NCBI GenBank assembly: GCA_963733375.1
Contig: CAVTDB010000013.1
Span: 32,001 to 96,000 of the forward strand
DNA length: 64,000 bases
Direction of reading: 5' to 3'
From: Nitrospirota bacterium
GTDB taxonomy: Bacteria > Nitrospirota > JACRHJ01
Part shown: positions 36,175 to 47,235 of the stretch, piece by piece
How positions within the stretch are numbered: the stretch's first letter is position 1
Layout: each line of letters opens with the position of its first letter
Position numbers and translations under genes: made by a program
Notes under the pieces: generated by a model
Database searches by the model: none
What the model was told of the DNA's origin: nothing
What the model saw: the letters and a program-made list of their open reading frames with translations, nothing else

Positions 36175-36606
36175 ACCGACCGGACTCCGCCTTCTTTTTA
36201 AGCTCCCTCAGCATCGTTGCGGTAACTTTGCGTATCCTGGCCGCCGGCAGCATCATCAAGAACGGCCTCAGGCCGGCGAACCTCTCCCTGCTTACGACCT
36301 GCACGGCTCCGCCCAGGTCCGTAAACAGAAACTCGTGCTTTGCGGATACCCCGAATTTCCTGGCCGACCAGACCACCTGGTCGTGCGGCACCACGCACTC
36401 GACCAGGGGCTTTATCGAAAACGGCAGCGCGTAAAGTCTTATTTTAAGCGACAGCCTCTGCCCCTCGGAAATGAAATAACAGACCCTCCGGTCTCGCGGC
36501 CTCCTTCATGGAATGGTTCCACTGGTTCCAGCACGCAAGGTCGGTGAAGATGTCCCAGACGCGGTCCATCCCGGAGAATATAGTCACGGATTCGACTATT
36601 TCCATC
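36131..36606 (-). CDS. SRPBCC (START/polyketide cyclase-like) family protein, frameshifted
   Basis: Reassembled IVESVTI..DRVWDIFTDLACWNQWN...VVWSARKFGVSAKHEFLF...VVSRERFAG...MLRELKKKAE. Confidence 0.65.
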
Positions 36607-36617
36607 GGGTAATTATA

Positions 36618-38587
36618 TCACACCCGGACCGGCATCAGCATGATGGGTATGCCCTGGTTGTAGAAGTAGCGCTGGACCGCGAAGATGGTGTAGTTGTGGA
36701 GCATCCCGGTGAATATGTTGGGGTTCGGGAAAACTAACTGTCCGCCGAAGAAGGTGACGTTCGGGAAGCGTTCGAGTATTTTTGGGGAGACCTTCGATAT
36801 CTCGCCTACGACGTCCGTGCCGAACGAGGAGTAGCCCTCCGCGTAAAGGCCATGCGTCCGGGCCAGCTTCACGTATTTGTCCAGGTCTTCGTTTACCTTC
36901 TTCTTGAGGGCCTCCAGCTCTTCCGCGCCCTTGAAAGTGCCCGCGTCCACTATGCCCACTTCGATAAACACGAAGTTCTTGAACGTCCCTCCGAACTGGC
37001 GGATGACGTTTAAGAACGTGTGCAGCCCCAGGCCGTTATATCCGCTGACCAGGATAATCGCCGTCTTCGCCCTGGGGTCGGCGGCTGGCGCGTTGCCCGC
37101 CGTCTTCGCCGGGGCCTCATGGATACTGTACCCCGCCGCCTCGACAAGCGAGTCCAGCCTGGCTAAGGAGCTTGGCGGTATTTAGGTAATGCCTTTTTAT
37201 CAGTAACGCCATGCCTATCAGTACCCCTGTTATGACTATCGTTATCCAGCCGCCTTCCGTGAATTTCAGTATGACGACCGAGACGAGTATGAAGGAGGTC
37301 AGGGAAAGTCCCAGCCCGTTTATGAAAAGCTTTTTCCTCCAGTGCTCAGCAACGCCGCGCTCGATCCACCAGTGCCGCACCATGCCGAGCTGGGACAGTG
37401 AAAACGTTATGAAGACGTTTATGGAGTAGAGCACCACGAGAAAACCCACCGAGCCCCTGGTAATCACCATCATCAGGAAGGCGACCAGCCCCATTATGAA
37501 TATGCCCTTCTGGGTGACGAGCCTGTCGGAAAACGTCGCGAACTTGGTCGGGAACCAGCGGTCGAGCGCCATGTTCGCCAGGACCCTCGGCCCGTCCAGG
37601 AAGCCCGCCTGGGCCGCGACCAGGAGCAGTATCGCCTCCGAGACCAGGGTAACGATCAGCAGGACGTATCCCCCGGTGCCCCAGCCTTTCGTGACCGACT
37701 CGTACAGCACGGCGTTCAGGGTCTTGCCATGTACGGGGTGAACGCCGTAGAGCAGGTAGGCGACCATCAGGCCCACGACCATGAACGAAAGCGAAAAGGC
37801 CATGTACCGCATGGTATGTTTGCCCGTCTTCACCTTCGGCTCGCGTAGGATGGGCAGGCCGTTACTGACGGCCTCGATGCCGGTAAAGGTGCCCGCGCCC
37901 ATGCTGTACGCCCTGAGGATCAAGAAAATCATCCCGAAAGTCCCGAGGGCCGACCGGGTACTATGCACGTCCGCCCTCGTCGCGGCCATCATTGCCGGGA
38001 AATGCCCGGAGTTGGCCGCCACCGCATAGACGATGAAAAAGATGTGGGTCAGGAGGAAGACCATGAACAGGGGCACGAGCGGGAGGACCGATTCCTTGAC
38101 GCCCCGCATGTTCATTACCGTCATGCAAAGCAGCGCAAAAAAGGCGAAATAGAGCTTGTACGGAAGCCATGCCGCCGGCAGGAAACTGAAGATGGAGTCC
38201 GCGCCGGCGGCTATGGAGATGGTGATGGTCAGGACGTAGTCTATCAGCAGCGCGCAGCCGGAAACCATGCCCGCTTTCGGGGAGAGGAGCTTGCTCGCCA
38301 CCAGGTATCCGCCGCCGCCGGTCGGGAAAAGCTCTATTATCTGCGAGTAGCTGGTGCTGATTATGAATACGGTAACGCCGGAGGCGATGGCGACGAAGAG
38401 CGCCAGGTGCGGGTGGCTCTAAGAGGGCGAGGAAGGCCTCCTCGGGGCCGTAAGAGGAGGAGGACAGCCCGTCCGCGCCGAGGCCCACCCAGGCGAAGAA
38501 GGCGATAAGCGAGACGTTGTGGAAGACGTGCGGGTCGTAAATGTCGCGCGCGCCGCCGATGACAACCTTCTTTAGCCAGCCGAACAT
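36618..38587 (-). CDS. APC-family permease, KimA/YdaO-like (probable K+ importer), frameshifted
   Basis: AWVGLGADGLSSSSYGPEEAF, GGGGY, LLIDYVLTI, FTGIEAVSNG, LDGPRV, LYSINVF, cytosolic C-terminal domain; c-di-AMP riboswitch upstream. Confidence 0.88.
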
Positions 38588-38606
38588 GTGGATTATTATA
38601 ACTCCT

Positions 38607-38641
38607 GAAAAAGAAAGCCGCCGGCAAGACCGGTGGCTTTT
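38607..38641 (-). terminator. intrinsic terminator of the riboswitch expression platform
   Basis: Minus strand AAAGCCACCGG-TCTTG-CCGGCGGCTTT-CTTTTT just before the SD and ATG. Confidence 0.8.
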
Positions 38642-38659
38642 GGCTGCTGCCCGGGGTTG

Positions 38660-38822
38660 CTCTCCAAATGCCTGCGAGGTTAGCTGCCGGGCTCAGGCTT
38701 GATAGTACCTTATCCCTTAGAAAGAGCCCGATAAACCGGGCAGCTTGAAAAAGGGAATTCGCCCCGTAAACTTTGGGTCCCCCGCATCCTTCCGGGTTTG
38801 CCCGGAAGAATTTCGGCCGCAA
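38660..38822 (-). ncRNA. c-di-AMP (ydaO-yuaA) riboswitch
   Basis: Minus strand GGCCGAAA..GGATGCGGGGGACCCA..GGGGCGAATTCCC..GGGATAAGGT..GCCTGAGCCCGGCAGCTAACCTCGCAGGC matches the ydaO consensus blocks; downstream gene is KimA-like. Confidence 0.88.
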
Positions 38823-38840
38823 TTATTTAAAAACGGGATT

Positions 38841-38869
38841 AAAATAGTCCTGTTTTTATACGTTGTCAA
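38841..38869 (-). promoter_or_regulatory. putative promoter of the riboswitch leader
   Basis: Minus strand TTGACA-17 nt-TATTTT. Confidence 0.55.
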
Positions 38870-38913
38870 GAATTTTTATAAAGAGCGACGCCTGATGAAT
38901 TTTTCGGAAAATG

Positions 38914-38942
38914 TTGACTATCGCGGCTATTAAAAATAGAAT
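38914..38942 (+). promoter_or_regulatory. trmFO promoter (leaderless-like)
   Basis: TTGACT-17 nt-TAGAAT; ATG 8 nt downstream, no SD. Confidence 0.65.
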
Positions 38943-38950
38943 GTCTTAAT

Positions 38951-40263
38951 ATGACTGAGAAAATATTGACTGTAATCGGCGGCGGGCTTGCCGGGTCGGA
39001 GGCGGCCTGGGCCGCGGCCAGACGCGGGATAAAGGTGCGGCTTTTCGAGATGCGGCCCGGGACCATGACCCCGGCGCACAAGACGGGGCATCTGGCGGAG
39101 CTGGTATGCTCAAACTCGCTAAGGTCCCTGGACCTGCATAACGCGGTCGGCCTTCTAAAGGAAGAGATGCGGAGCCTCGGCTCGCTCGTTATGGAGGCGG
39201 CGGACAGGACTGCCGTCCCCGCCGGTAGCGCCCTTGCCGTGGACCGGGAGGCCTTCGGCAGATATATAACCGACGCAATCCTTGGCCATCCCGGTATAGA
39301 GGTAATCAGGCAGGAGATAGCCCAGGTCCCGGAGCCTGTCTCGGTAATCGCCACGGGTCCTCTGACGTCCGACAAGATGGCGGACGCAATAGGCCGCGCT
39401 TACCGGGACGGAGCACCTGCATTTCTATGACGCCATCGCGCCCATAATCGACGCCGATTCCGTTGATATGGATATTGCCTTTCGTGCCTCGCGCTACGGC
39501 AAGGGCGGGGACGACTACGTCAACTGCCCGATGACAAAGGAGCAGTACGACGCCTTTTACGACGCGCTCTCTACAGCCGAGAAGGCCCCGGTGCGCGAGT
39601 TCGAGAACATGCGCTGCTTCGAGGGCTGCATGCCCATAGAGACGATGGCGGAGCGCGGCCGGGAGACGCTGGCGCACGGCCCGATGAAGCCGGTGGGGAT
39701 TACAGACCCTAAAACGGGCGGACGGCCTTACGCGGTCGTCCAGCTGCGGGCCGAGGACGCGGAGCGGACGGCGTATAATATCGTCGGTTTCCAGACCCGG
39801 CTTAAATGGCCAGAACAGGCAAGGGTATTCAGGATGATACCGGGGCTTCAAAACGTGAAATTTATAAGGTACGGGAGCCTGCACCGGAACACGTTCATAA
39901 ACGGCCCATTGTTCCTTGAGCCTACCCTTGAGATGAAGGGGCGGCCGGGTCTTTTCTTCGCCGGGCAGGTATCGGGCGTGGAAGGGTACGTCGAGTCCTC
40001 CGCGATGGGCATACTCGCGGGTATTAACGCGGCGCGTCTTATAAAAGGGCTGGCCCTGGTGACTCCGCCGGAGACGACGGCGCACGGGGCGCTTATCACG
40101 CACCTGACCAAGACGGAGCCCGGCCGCTTCCAGCCGACGAACGTGATTTTTTCCCTTTTCCCGCCGCTCGACGTGAAGGTGAAGAAAAAAGAGGAGCGGC
40201 GTGAGCTGTTGGTGAAAAGGGCGCTTAGCGGATCTGGAAGCGTGGAAGAACAACCTGGACTGA
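38951..40263 (+). CDS. trmFO: tRNA m5U54 methyltransferase TrmFO (Gid), frameshifted
   Basis: [60 protein letters not shown]. Confidence 0.95.
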
Positions 40264-40280
40264 TTCCGGGAGGTTTACAA

Positions 40281-41708
40281 ATGTTTGAAGAACTCGATGA
40301 ACTAAAAAAACACCTGGACAGCCTGCGCCCGATAGACGCGGACAAGATGGCGGCCATGCAGGAAAAGCTTAAAATAGATTGGACATACAACAGCAACGCA
40401 ATAGAAGGAAACAAGCTGTCTTTGCAGGAAAAGGCATTCTTTTTGAGGGAAGGTCTTACCTAGAAGGGAAAACGACTCTCGGAATTTCTGGAAGCAAAGG
40501 ACCATGTCGAGGCCATTTCGTTCCTGGAAGAGGTAGTACAGGAAAAGAAGCCTTTAACAGAAAGGCTGATAAAAGATTTACACGCAATAGTTATGCAGGA
40601 CAACAAGTATGTATGGATAGGCTCGCCCGAAAATAGGATAAAGAAAAGGATTGAATCTGGAAATTACAAGTACGACAACAACGATGTGGTGAAACTCGGC
40701 GGCACCATACATTATTACAAGGACTATTTGCAGGTTCAGGGAGAGATGGAGGCCTTGATAAAATGGTATCAGGAAAACAAAGTTCATAGGGTAGAGCTGG
40801 CGGCCAGGCTCGACGATAAGCTAGTGGCAATACATCCTTTTACGGAAGGTAATGGGCGAGTGTAGAGGCTAGTTATGAACATGATATTGATGCAGGAAGG
40901 CTATGAACGAGCAATAATACGAAACGAAGACAAGATGGAATACTAACAGGCGTTGGACCTCGCGGACAAGGGCGACTACGGTACTTTTATTGCAATAGTC
41001 GAGAGGGAAGATTACAGGACGATGAAGATGGTCATAGACGTAATAGAAGGCAGTGAGGCATTAGGAAAAGAAGATCTGAAACGCATGATAGAAGGTTTTT
41101 AGGAGGAAGTTACAAAACTGGATAAGGATATTGGTGTTATATCTAAGAATGTTGATGATAATATTAGAAAGAAAAACATAGAAAATATTTTATCTTATTT
41201 AGAGGAAACTGCTAAAGGCATAATAGATGAAAACGCAACTAAAGAAAGGATTTTTTTTATAGAATCTCGTAATAATTAGAAATAGTTGGTTGAATCATTT
41301 CTTACACTTTTTTGTTTAAATCAAAATATAAAACAGATATGGTGGGAGAAAGAATCATGGGAAGATAAAGGTCATTTTAAGTGTACAATAGAAGAAGGTT
41401 GCGGTTTTATGATAGTTTTGTAGAGCAGAAGAATGTATATACGCTCCTCGACGCTCCTTTTTGGAGTAATTCCTCGAAAGTATAAATGTATTTTAGTTGC
41501 TTTTTCAAAAGTATCAGGTTTTTTAAGTGACAGTGAGAGTGAGATTATTGGCAAAGATATAAAAGAAAAACACATTGAATTGGGGAATGTTTGGGGTGAT
41601 TATGATAAAAAAGTTCTCGAAGAATTTTTCGTCGATGTGTTTAAAACTTTTATTAAAACTATAAAAAAAGAAATAGAAATAAGAAGGCATATAGCATCAA
41701 ATGACTGA
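40281..41708 (+). CDS. Fic family protein (class II) with low-GC C-terminal extension; several in-frame stops (error or pseudogene)
   Basis: [11 protein letters not shown] inhibitory motif and [16 protein letters not shown] Fic motif; in-frame TAG at 40461 and 40863, with further stops downstream. Confidence 0.75.
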
Positions 41709-42603
41709 TTATCTTTCAGAGTTCTTGAACTACCTGCGCTACGAGAGAGGCGCGTCGGAGAACACCGTCGTCAGCTATGAGAACGACCTCCGGCAGTTCG
41801 TCCTTCACCTGAAAGGTTCGGGCGATGCGGAGCCGGACCTCTTAACGGTGGATAACCTGGACGTGCGGGGGTTTCTCGCGTCTTTGGTGAAGCAGGGACT
41901 TAAAAAATCGTCGGCCCAGAGGAAGCTCGCCGGCATAAGGAGTTTCTACCGCTATCTTTTCCGCGAGGGCTTAATCGAGAAGAACCCGGCGAAGGTCGTG
42001 GCGACGCCAAGGAAGGAAAAATCCCAGCCGTCCGTGCTATCGGTGGACGACGCGGTGATGCTTGTCGAAGCCCCGCGCGGGGATACGCTGGACGGCCTTC
42101 GCGACCGGGCTATACTTGAGATATTCTACTCGGCGGGCGTAAGGATATCGGAGCTTCAGGGTCTTAACCGGGAGCAGGTGGACCTGCCTCAGGGTTTGGC
42201 CAGGGTGACTGGAAAGGGAAATAAGGAGCGGTTCGTGCCGCTTGGGGCGAAGGCGGTTGCCGCTATATCCGCGTATATTTCCGCGTTAGACGCGGAGAAC
42301 AAGGTTGACATCTCGGCCCCGGACGTACCCCTGTTCCTGAACAAGTACAGCCTTCGGCTGTCCGTGCGGGGCGTGCGGCGGGTCGTGATGAAATACGTCG
42401 GCGAAAAACTTATACGGGGTAAGGTCTCGCCGCATACGCTCCGGCATACCTTCGCCACGCACCTGCTCGGAGCGGGCGCGGACCTCCGGTCGATCCAGGA
42501 GATGCTGGGCCATGTGTCGCTCTCCACGACGCAGAAGTACACGCACCTGGACCTGGAGAAGCTGATGAACGTTTACGACAAAGCCCATCCGAGGGCGAAA
42601 TAG
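41701..42603 (+). CDS. xerC: tyrosine recombinase XerC
   Basis: RDRAILEIFYSAGVRISEL, GKGNKER, PHTLRHTFATHLL, QEMLGH..LSTTQKYT; trmFO-xerC-hslVU context. Confidence 0.92.
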   Translation: MTDYLSEFLNYLRYERGASENTVVSYENDLRQFVLHLKGSGDAEPDLLTVDNLDVRGFLASLVKQGLKKSSAQRKLAGIRSFYRYLFREGLIEKNPAKVVATPRKEKSQPSVLSVDDAVMLVEAPRGDTLDGLRDRAILEIFYSAGVRISELQGLNREQVDLPQGLARVTGKGNKERFVPLGAKAVAAISAYISALDAENKVDISAPDVPLFLNKYSLRLSVRGVRRVVMKYVGEKLIRGKVSPHTLRHTFATHLLGAGADLRSIQEMLGHVSLSTTQKYTHLDLEKLMNVYDKAHPRAK

Positions 42604-42608
42604 AACGA

Positions 42609-42702
42609 CCGCTACCTTTTTGGAAAAAGGTAGCACCAAAAACTTTTAGACTTTAACCCCCGCTTTCTTTTGCTACTTTTCTTTCCCGTGAAAGAAAAGT
42701 AG
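42609..42702. repeat. A/T-rich triplex-type doublet (locus 8)
   Basis: CCGCTACCTTTTT-GG-AAAAAGGTAGC-ACCAAAAAC ... CTTTCTTTT-GCTAC-TTTTCTTTC-CCGT-GAAAGAAAA-GTAG. Confidence 0.92.
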
Positions 42703-42718
42703 AGAAAGGGTTTTTTCT

Positions 42719-43246
42719 ATGATGCACGGAACTACGATATTATGCGTGAGGCGCGACGGTAAGGTCTCCATCGGGGGCGACGGGCAGGTCACGATGGGCG
42801 CGACGGTAATGAAGCACAACGCGCGCAAGGTCCGGAAGCTGTATAATAACACGATACTGGCCGGTTTTGCCGGGGCGACCGCGGACGCGTTCACCCTTAT
42901 CGAGAAGTTCGAGGGCAGGATCGAGGAATACCACGGCAACATAGCGCGCGCGGCGGTCGAGCTCGCCAAGGAATGGCGTACGAACAAGATGCTCCGCCAG
43001 CTGGAGGCCCTGCTGATAGTCGCGGACAAGGAGCATACGTTCATCATCTCCGGCACCGGCGACGTGATAGAGCCGGAAGACGGCATCGCGGCCATAGGCT
43101 CCGGCGGGCCGTTCGCCCAGGCGGCGGCGCAGGCGCTTATTAAGCACTCGTCTCTTGACTCGCAGGGCGTGGTGACGGAGGCCATGGAGATCGCGTCGAA
43201 GATTTGCATATACACGAACTCAAACCTTATTATAGAGGAGCTTTAA
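42719..43246 (+). CDS. hslV: HslV protease subunit
   Basis: [33 protein letters not shown]. Confidence 0.97.
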   Translation: MMHGTTILCVRRDGKVSIGGDGQVTMGATVMKHNARKVRKLYNNTILAGFAGATADAFTLIEKFEGRIEEYHGNIARAAVELAKEWRTNKMLRQLEALLIVADKEHTFIISGTGDVIEPEDGIAAIGSGGPFAQAAAQALIKHSSLDSQGVVTEAMEIASKICIYTNSNLIIEEL

Positions 43247-43249
43247 AAG

Positions 43250-44623
43250 ATGCGGGAGCTGACCCCGAGGGAAGTTGTTGCGGAGCTTGATAAATACATC
43301 ATCGGCCAGAATAACGCGAAACGCGCCGTGGCGATTGCGCTACGCACGAGGTGGCGCAGGATGCTTTTGCCTGAGGAGCTTCGTGACGAAGTCGTGCCGA
43401 AAAATATCATAATGATAGGCTCGACCGGCGTGGGCAAGACGGAGATCGCGAGGCGGCTCGCGAAGCTCGTCGACGCGCCGTTTGTCAAGGTGGAGGCGTC
43501 TAAGTTTACCGAGGTCGGCTATGTCGGGCGAGATGTCGAGTCCATCATCCGCGACATTACCGAGCAGTCCGTCGCGATGGTGCGCTAGGAGCATACCGCC
43601 GCCGTGCGCGAGAAGGCGGAGGCCGCCGCCGAGGAGCGGGTACTGGACGCGCTTCTGCCAAGGCGCAGGGGTGATATCGGCCTCGGGTTCCGCGAGTCTG
43701 GCATTGACTCGACCGGCCAGCCCGCCGAGCCGTTCGAAGCCGACAGCGCGACACGGGAGAAGTTCCGGAAAATGCTCCGGGAGGGCAAGCTGGACGACCG
43801 GACGGTGGAGCTGGAGGTCCGGGAGAAGGGCGGCATGCCGCTTGGCGTCATCTCAAATATCGGCATGGAAGAGCTGGAGATAAGCCTCAAGGAGATGATG
43901 GGCAATATGTTCCCGGAGAAGTCCAAGAGACGGAGCCTGAAAGTCCCGGAGGCGATGAAAGTCCTGACGCAGGAGGAGGCCTCGAAGCTTGTCGATATGG
44001 ACAAGGTGTCCAGGGAGGCGATATCGCGCGTGGAGCAGTCCGGCATCGTGTTCATAGACGAGCTGGACAAGGTCGCCGGCAGAGAGTCCGGCGGCGGGCC
44101 GGACGTATCCCGCGAAGGCGTGCAGAGGGACCTTCTTCCGATTATCGAAGGCTCGACAGTCAACAGCAAGCACGGCGCCGTGCATACGGACCACATACTT
44201 TTTATAGCCGCGGGCGCGTTCCATGTGGCGAAGCCGTCCGACCTCATCCCGGAGCTGCAGGGCCGCTTCCCGATTAGGGTGGAGCTGGACAACCTGACGG
44301 AAGACGATTTCGTCCGGATACTGACGGAGCCGAAAAACGCGCTGATACGGCAGTACGTCGAACTACTCGGCACGGAAGGGCTGGAGATGGAGTTTACGGA
44401 CGACGCTATACGGGAGATAGCGAAGATCGCCGCGTCCGTGAACAGCCGGACGGAGAATATCGGGGCCAGGCGGCTTTATACCGTGATGGAGAAGCTACTC
44501 GAAGAAGTCAGCTTCCACGCCCCGGACGCGACAGAAAAGAAGATAACCGTGAATGCGGAATACGTCCGCGGCCAGTTGATGGATATAACGAAAGACGAGG
44601 ATTTAAGCAGGTTTATTTTGTAA
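43250..44623 (+). CDS. hslU: HslU ATPase subunit (single in-frame TAG at 43586)
   Basis: [64 protein letters not shown]. Confidence 0.95.
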
Positions 44624-44730
44624 AACCGTTACCTTTTTGTAAAAAGGTAACACCAAAAACTTTTGGGCTGAACACCCCCGCTTTCTTTTGTGTTACTTTT
44701 CTTTCCCGCGAAAGAAAAGTAACGGTTTTA
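44621..44730. repeat. A/T-rich triplex-type doublet (locus 9) with perfect 12-bp terminal inverted repeats
   Basis: TAAAACCGTTAC...GTAACGGTTTTA; begins on the hslU stop codon. Confidence 0.93.
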
Positions 44731-44746
44731 ATCTTTCGAGGACTCT

Positions 44747-45628
44747 ATGAAAAAGCTCATCGAGAAGGCCGACATCCTGATGGAGGCTCTGCCGTACATC
44801 AAGAACTTCTACGGCAAGACTATCGTCATAAAGTACGGCGGACACGCCATGTCGGACGAGGCGCTTAAGAAATCGTTCGCGAAGGACGTGGTGCTGATGA
44901 AATATATCGGCATAAACCCGGTGATCGTACACGGCGGCGGCCCGCAGATATCCCAGACGATGGAACGCATGGGGCTTAAGCCGAAATTCGTTTCAGGTTA
45001 TCGAGTAACGGATTCGGATACGATGGACATAGTCGAGATGGTCCTGGGCGGGGCGATAAATAAAGAGATAGTGAACCTGATAAACTCAAACGGCGGACGC
45101 GCGGCTGGTCTTACCGGCAAGGACGGCGGTCTTATCAAGGCAAAGAAGAAATTTCTTAAGGGCACGTCCGCAGAAACAGGCGCGCCTGAGATAATCGACG
45201 CCGGGCACCTGGGCGAGGTCGAGGCGGTGGACTCCGCAATCCTGGAAGCGCTGGACAAGGGCGGGTTTATCCCGGTCATCGCGCCTATCGGCGTGGGCGA
45301 GAAGGGCGAGACTTATAACATAAACGCAGACTTGGTCGCCGGGGCGGTGGCGGCGGCGCTGTCCGCGGCAAAGCTGATGCTCCTGACCGACGTGGAGGGG
45401 ATACTGGACGCGGACGGGAAGCTGATTTCCACCCTGACCAAAACGAAGGTCGCGGAGCTGATAAAGAAAAAGGTTATTTCCGGCGGCATGCTCCCGAAGG
45501 TCGCGGCATGTTTCGACGCCTTGGGCGGCAAGGTGGGCAAGGTGCATGTCGTGGACGGCCGCGTCCCGCACGCGCTTTTACTTGAGATATTCACCGACAA
45601 GGGCATCGGTACGGAAATATCGCTGTAG
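44747..45628 (+). CDS. argB: acetylglutamate kinase
   Basis: [50 protein letters not shown]. Confidence 0.97.
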   Translation: MKKLIEKADILMEALPYIKNFYGKTIVIKYGGHAMSDEALKKSFAKDVVLMKYIGINPVIVHGGGPQISQTMERMGLKPKFVSGYRVTDSDTMDIVEMVLGGAINKEIVNLINSNGGRAAGLTGKDGGLIKAKKKFLKGTSAETGAPEIIDAGHLGEVEAVDSAILEALDKGGFIPVIAPIGVGEKGETYNINADLVAGAVAAALSAAKLMLLTDVEGILDADGKLISTLTKTKVAELIKKKVISGGMLPKVAACFDALGGKVGKVHVVDGRVPHALLLEIFTDKGIGTEISL

Positions 45629-46392
45629 TAGGGAAGGTCCTGTAGCGCCGTCCTCTAAGGATGCTAGCGGTCGGCATTCCTGTAGCGGCGCGATGTCCCC
45701 TGCCAGAAGGTTTGAGACGAAATTTTTAAGTTCCGCCTGTTCGTCCTCGGCAAGGTGCGAAAATTTAATCGCCATGCCCGGAGGTTGTTATATAGATTAC
45801 GCGGCCCTTCAGGGACAGGCTTTTCCCGCCAATTCTCAGGGTGACTGATACTTCCGTCCCGATGCCGGGAGGCGCGGGTGCGACTACGAAAATACCATGC
45901 TCCGAGATAGTCTGGGCAAGGTAAACCCCCTCCGCTTCTCCATGGCGAACCGTTACCCGCTGGTCGCAATCCGTCCGCAGATGCTTTCTTGCCCATCCCT
46001 GGGGCAGGGCGAGACAAGTCTGCATGGCTTTGTTCAGCTCGCTTAAGTTTACAGGCTTCCGCGAGATAATGCGTATAGCCGAGCGATATGCACGACTTCT
46101 TTAATTTTTCGTGCTCGGGGCCGCTTACTATTACGACCGGAATTTCCGCAAGGGACTTCTCCTGCTTCATCGTGGACAGGTTCTGCGTGCCCTCTGCCGC
46201 CAGCATATCCATGTCAAGCACCATGACGTCCGGCCGGAAAAGCCTCGCAAGGCGCAGGGCCTCGTTCCCGTTTTCGGCGGTGATGACTTGAAGACCCATC
46301 CTTACCAAAAGGACGGTCATAAACCTTACAAAGGTTTTACCGTCGCCCACTACGAGTATCTGTCTTTTAACCTGTCCGGAGATTTGAGCCAT
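45578..46392 (-). CDS. response regulator receiver plus PilZ-like domain protein, frameshifted; 3' end uncertain
   Basis: Receiver ([29 protein letters not shown]), then [26 protein letters not shown]. Confidence 0.7.
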
Positions 46393-46515
46393 GTTTTTCG
46401 CCTCTTGTCTAAAAGTTAATTATATATTAAAAATTTCTATTTATAACGAATAGTTATAAGGTTAATGAAAATTAATGATAGCGTTAAAATAAAATATTTA
46501 TTTCGCCCGCCTCCC

Positions 46516-46544
46516 TTGACATATCGCTTGCCCCCGATTATACT
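46516..46544 (+). promoter_or_regulatory. near-consensus sigma70 promoter for yqeY-mutS2
   Basis: TTGACA-17 nt-TATACT with AT-rich upstream tract. Confidence 0.75.
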
Positions 46545-46622
46545 TCATCGTCAAACTCGAAGACTACTCCGGCTCCTGTAAACTATTTTTCCTGAATATT
46601 CAATTAGATAGCGAGGCTAAAA

Positions 46623-47069
46623 GTGACTCTGAAGGAGCGGCTAAACGCGGATATGAAGGAGGCCCTGAAGGCCCATGACGCAGCTCGCCTGTCCACGATA
46701 AGGATGGTTTTCTCAGCCGTCCGGAATAAGGAGATAGATTCCCGCAAGGATATGGACGACGAAGGTGTGCTCTCAGTGCTTGCGACTTCGGCCAAACAGC
46801 GCAGGGAATCCATAGAGCAGTACGAGAAGGCCGGGCGGCAGGACTTAGTTGACAAGGAGAAGGCGGAGCTGGAAGTAATCCAGTCCTATATGCCCCAGCA
46901 GATGGGCCGCGAGGAGATAGAGGCGCTGGTGAAGGACGCGGTCGCCGAGTCCGGGGCCAAAGGGCCTGGCGACATGGGCAAGGTGATGAAGGTGCTGATG
47001 CCTAAAGTAAAAGGGCGCGCGGACGGCAAACTTGTAAACGAGGTCGTCAAAGAGACGTTAGGGGGATGA
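46623..47069 (+). CDS. GatB/YqeY domain protein
   Basis: LNADMKEALK, KQRRESIEQY..AGR, YMPQQ, DMGKVM, GRADG. Confidence 0.93.
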   Translation: MTLKERLNADMKEALKAHDAARLSTIRMVFSAVRNKEIDSRKDMDDEGVLSVLATSAKQRRESIEQYEKAGRQDLVDKEKAELEVIQSYMPQQMGREEIEALVKDAVAESGAKGPGDMGKVMKVLMPKVKGRADGKLVNEVVKETLGG

Positions 47070-47086
47070 AAATCTTAAGAAAAGGC

Positions 47087-47235
47087 AAAACCGCACTTTT
47101 CTTTGCGGAAAGAAAAGCGCCCAAAAGAAACGAGAGTAACTTCCTTATGGCAGGTCTAACCCCAAAAGGGGGTTTTTTTGTCCGGTTTCTCTTTGCGTTA
47201 CTTTCTCTTTCCCCAAAGAGAAAGTAACGGTTTAA
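47087..47235. repeat. A/T-rich triplex-type doublet (locus 10) with a variant module and an internal hairpin
   Basis: CAC-TTTTCTTT-GCGG-AAAGAAAA-GCGCCC-AAAAGAAA ... TTTCTCTTT-GCGTTAC-TTTCTCTTT-CCCC-AAAGAGAAA-GTAACGGTTTAA-ATG. Confidence 0.9.

Noticed and set aside
40281-41100. Diversity-generating retroelement target
   Set aside because: DGRs mutate adenines and need a template repeat and reverse transcriptase. Here C is lost, and neither component is visible.
41701-42603. Tyrosine recombinase as a phage or island integrase
   Set aside because: Size, motifs and the trmFO-xerC-hslVU context match housekeeping XerC; no att repeats or phage genes seen.
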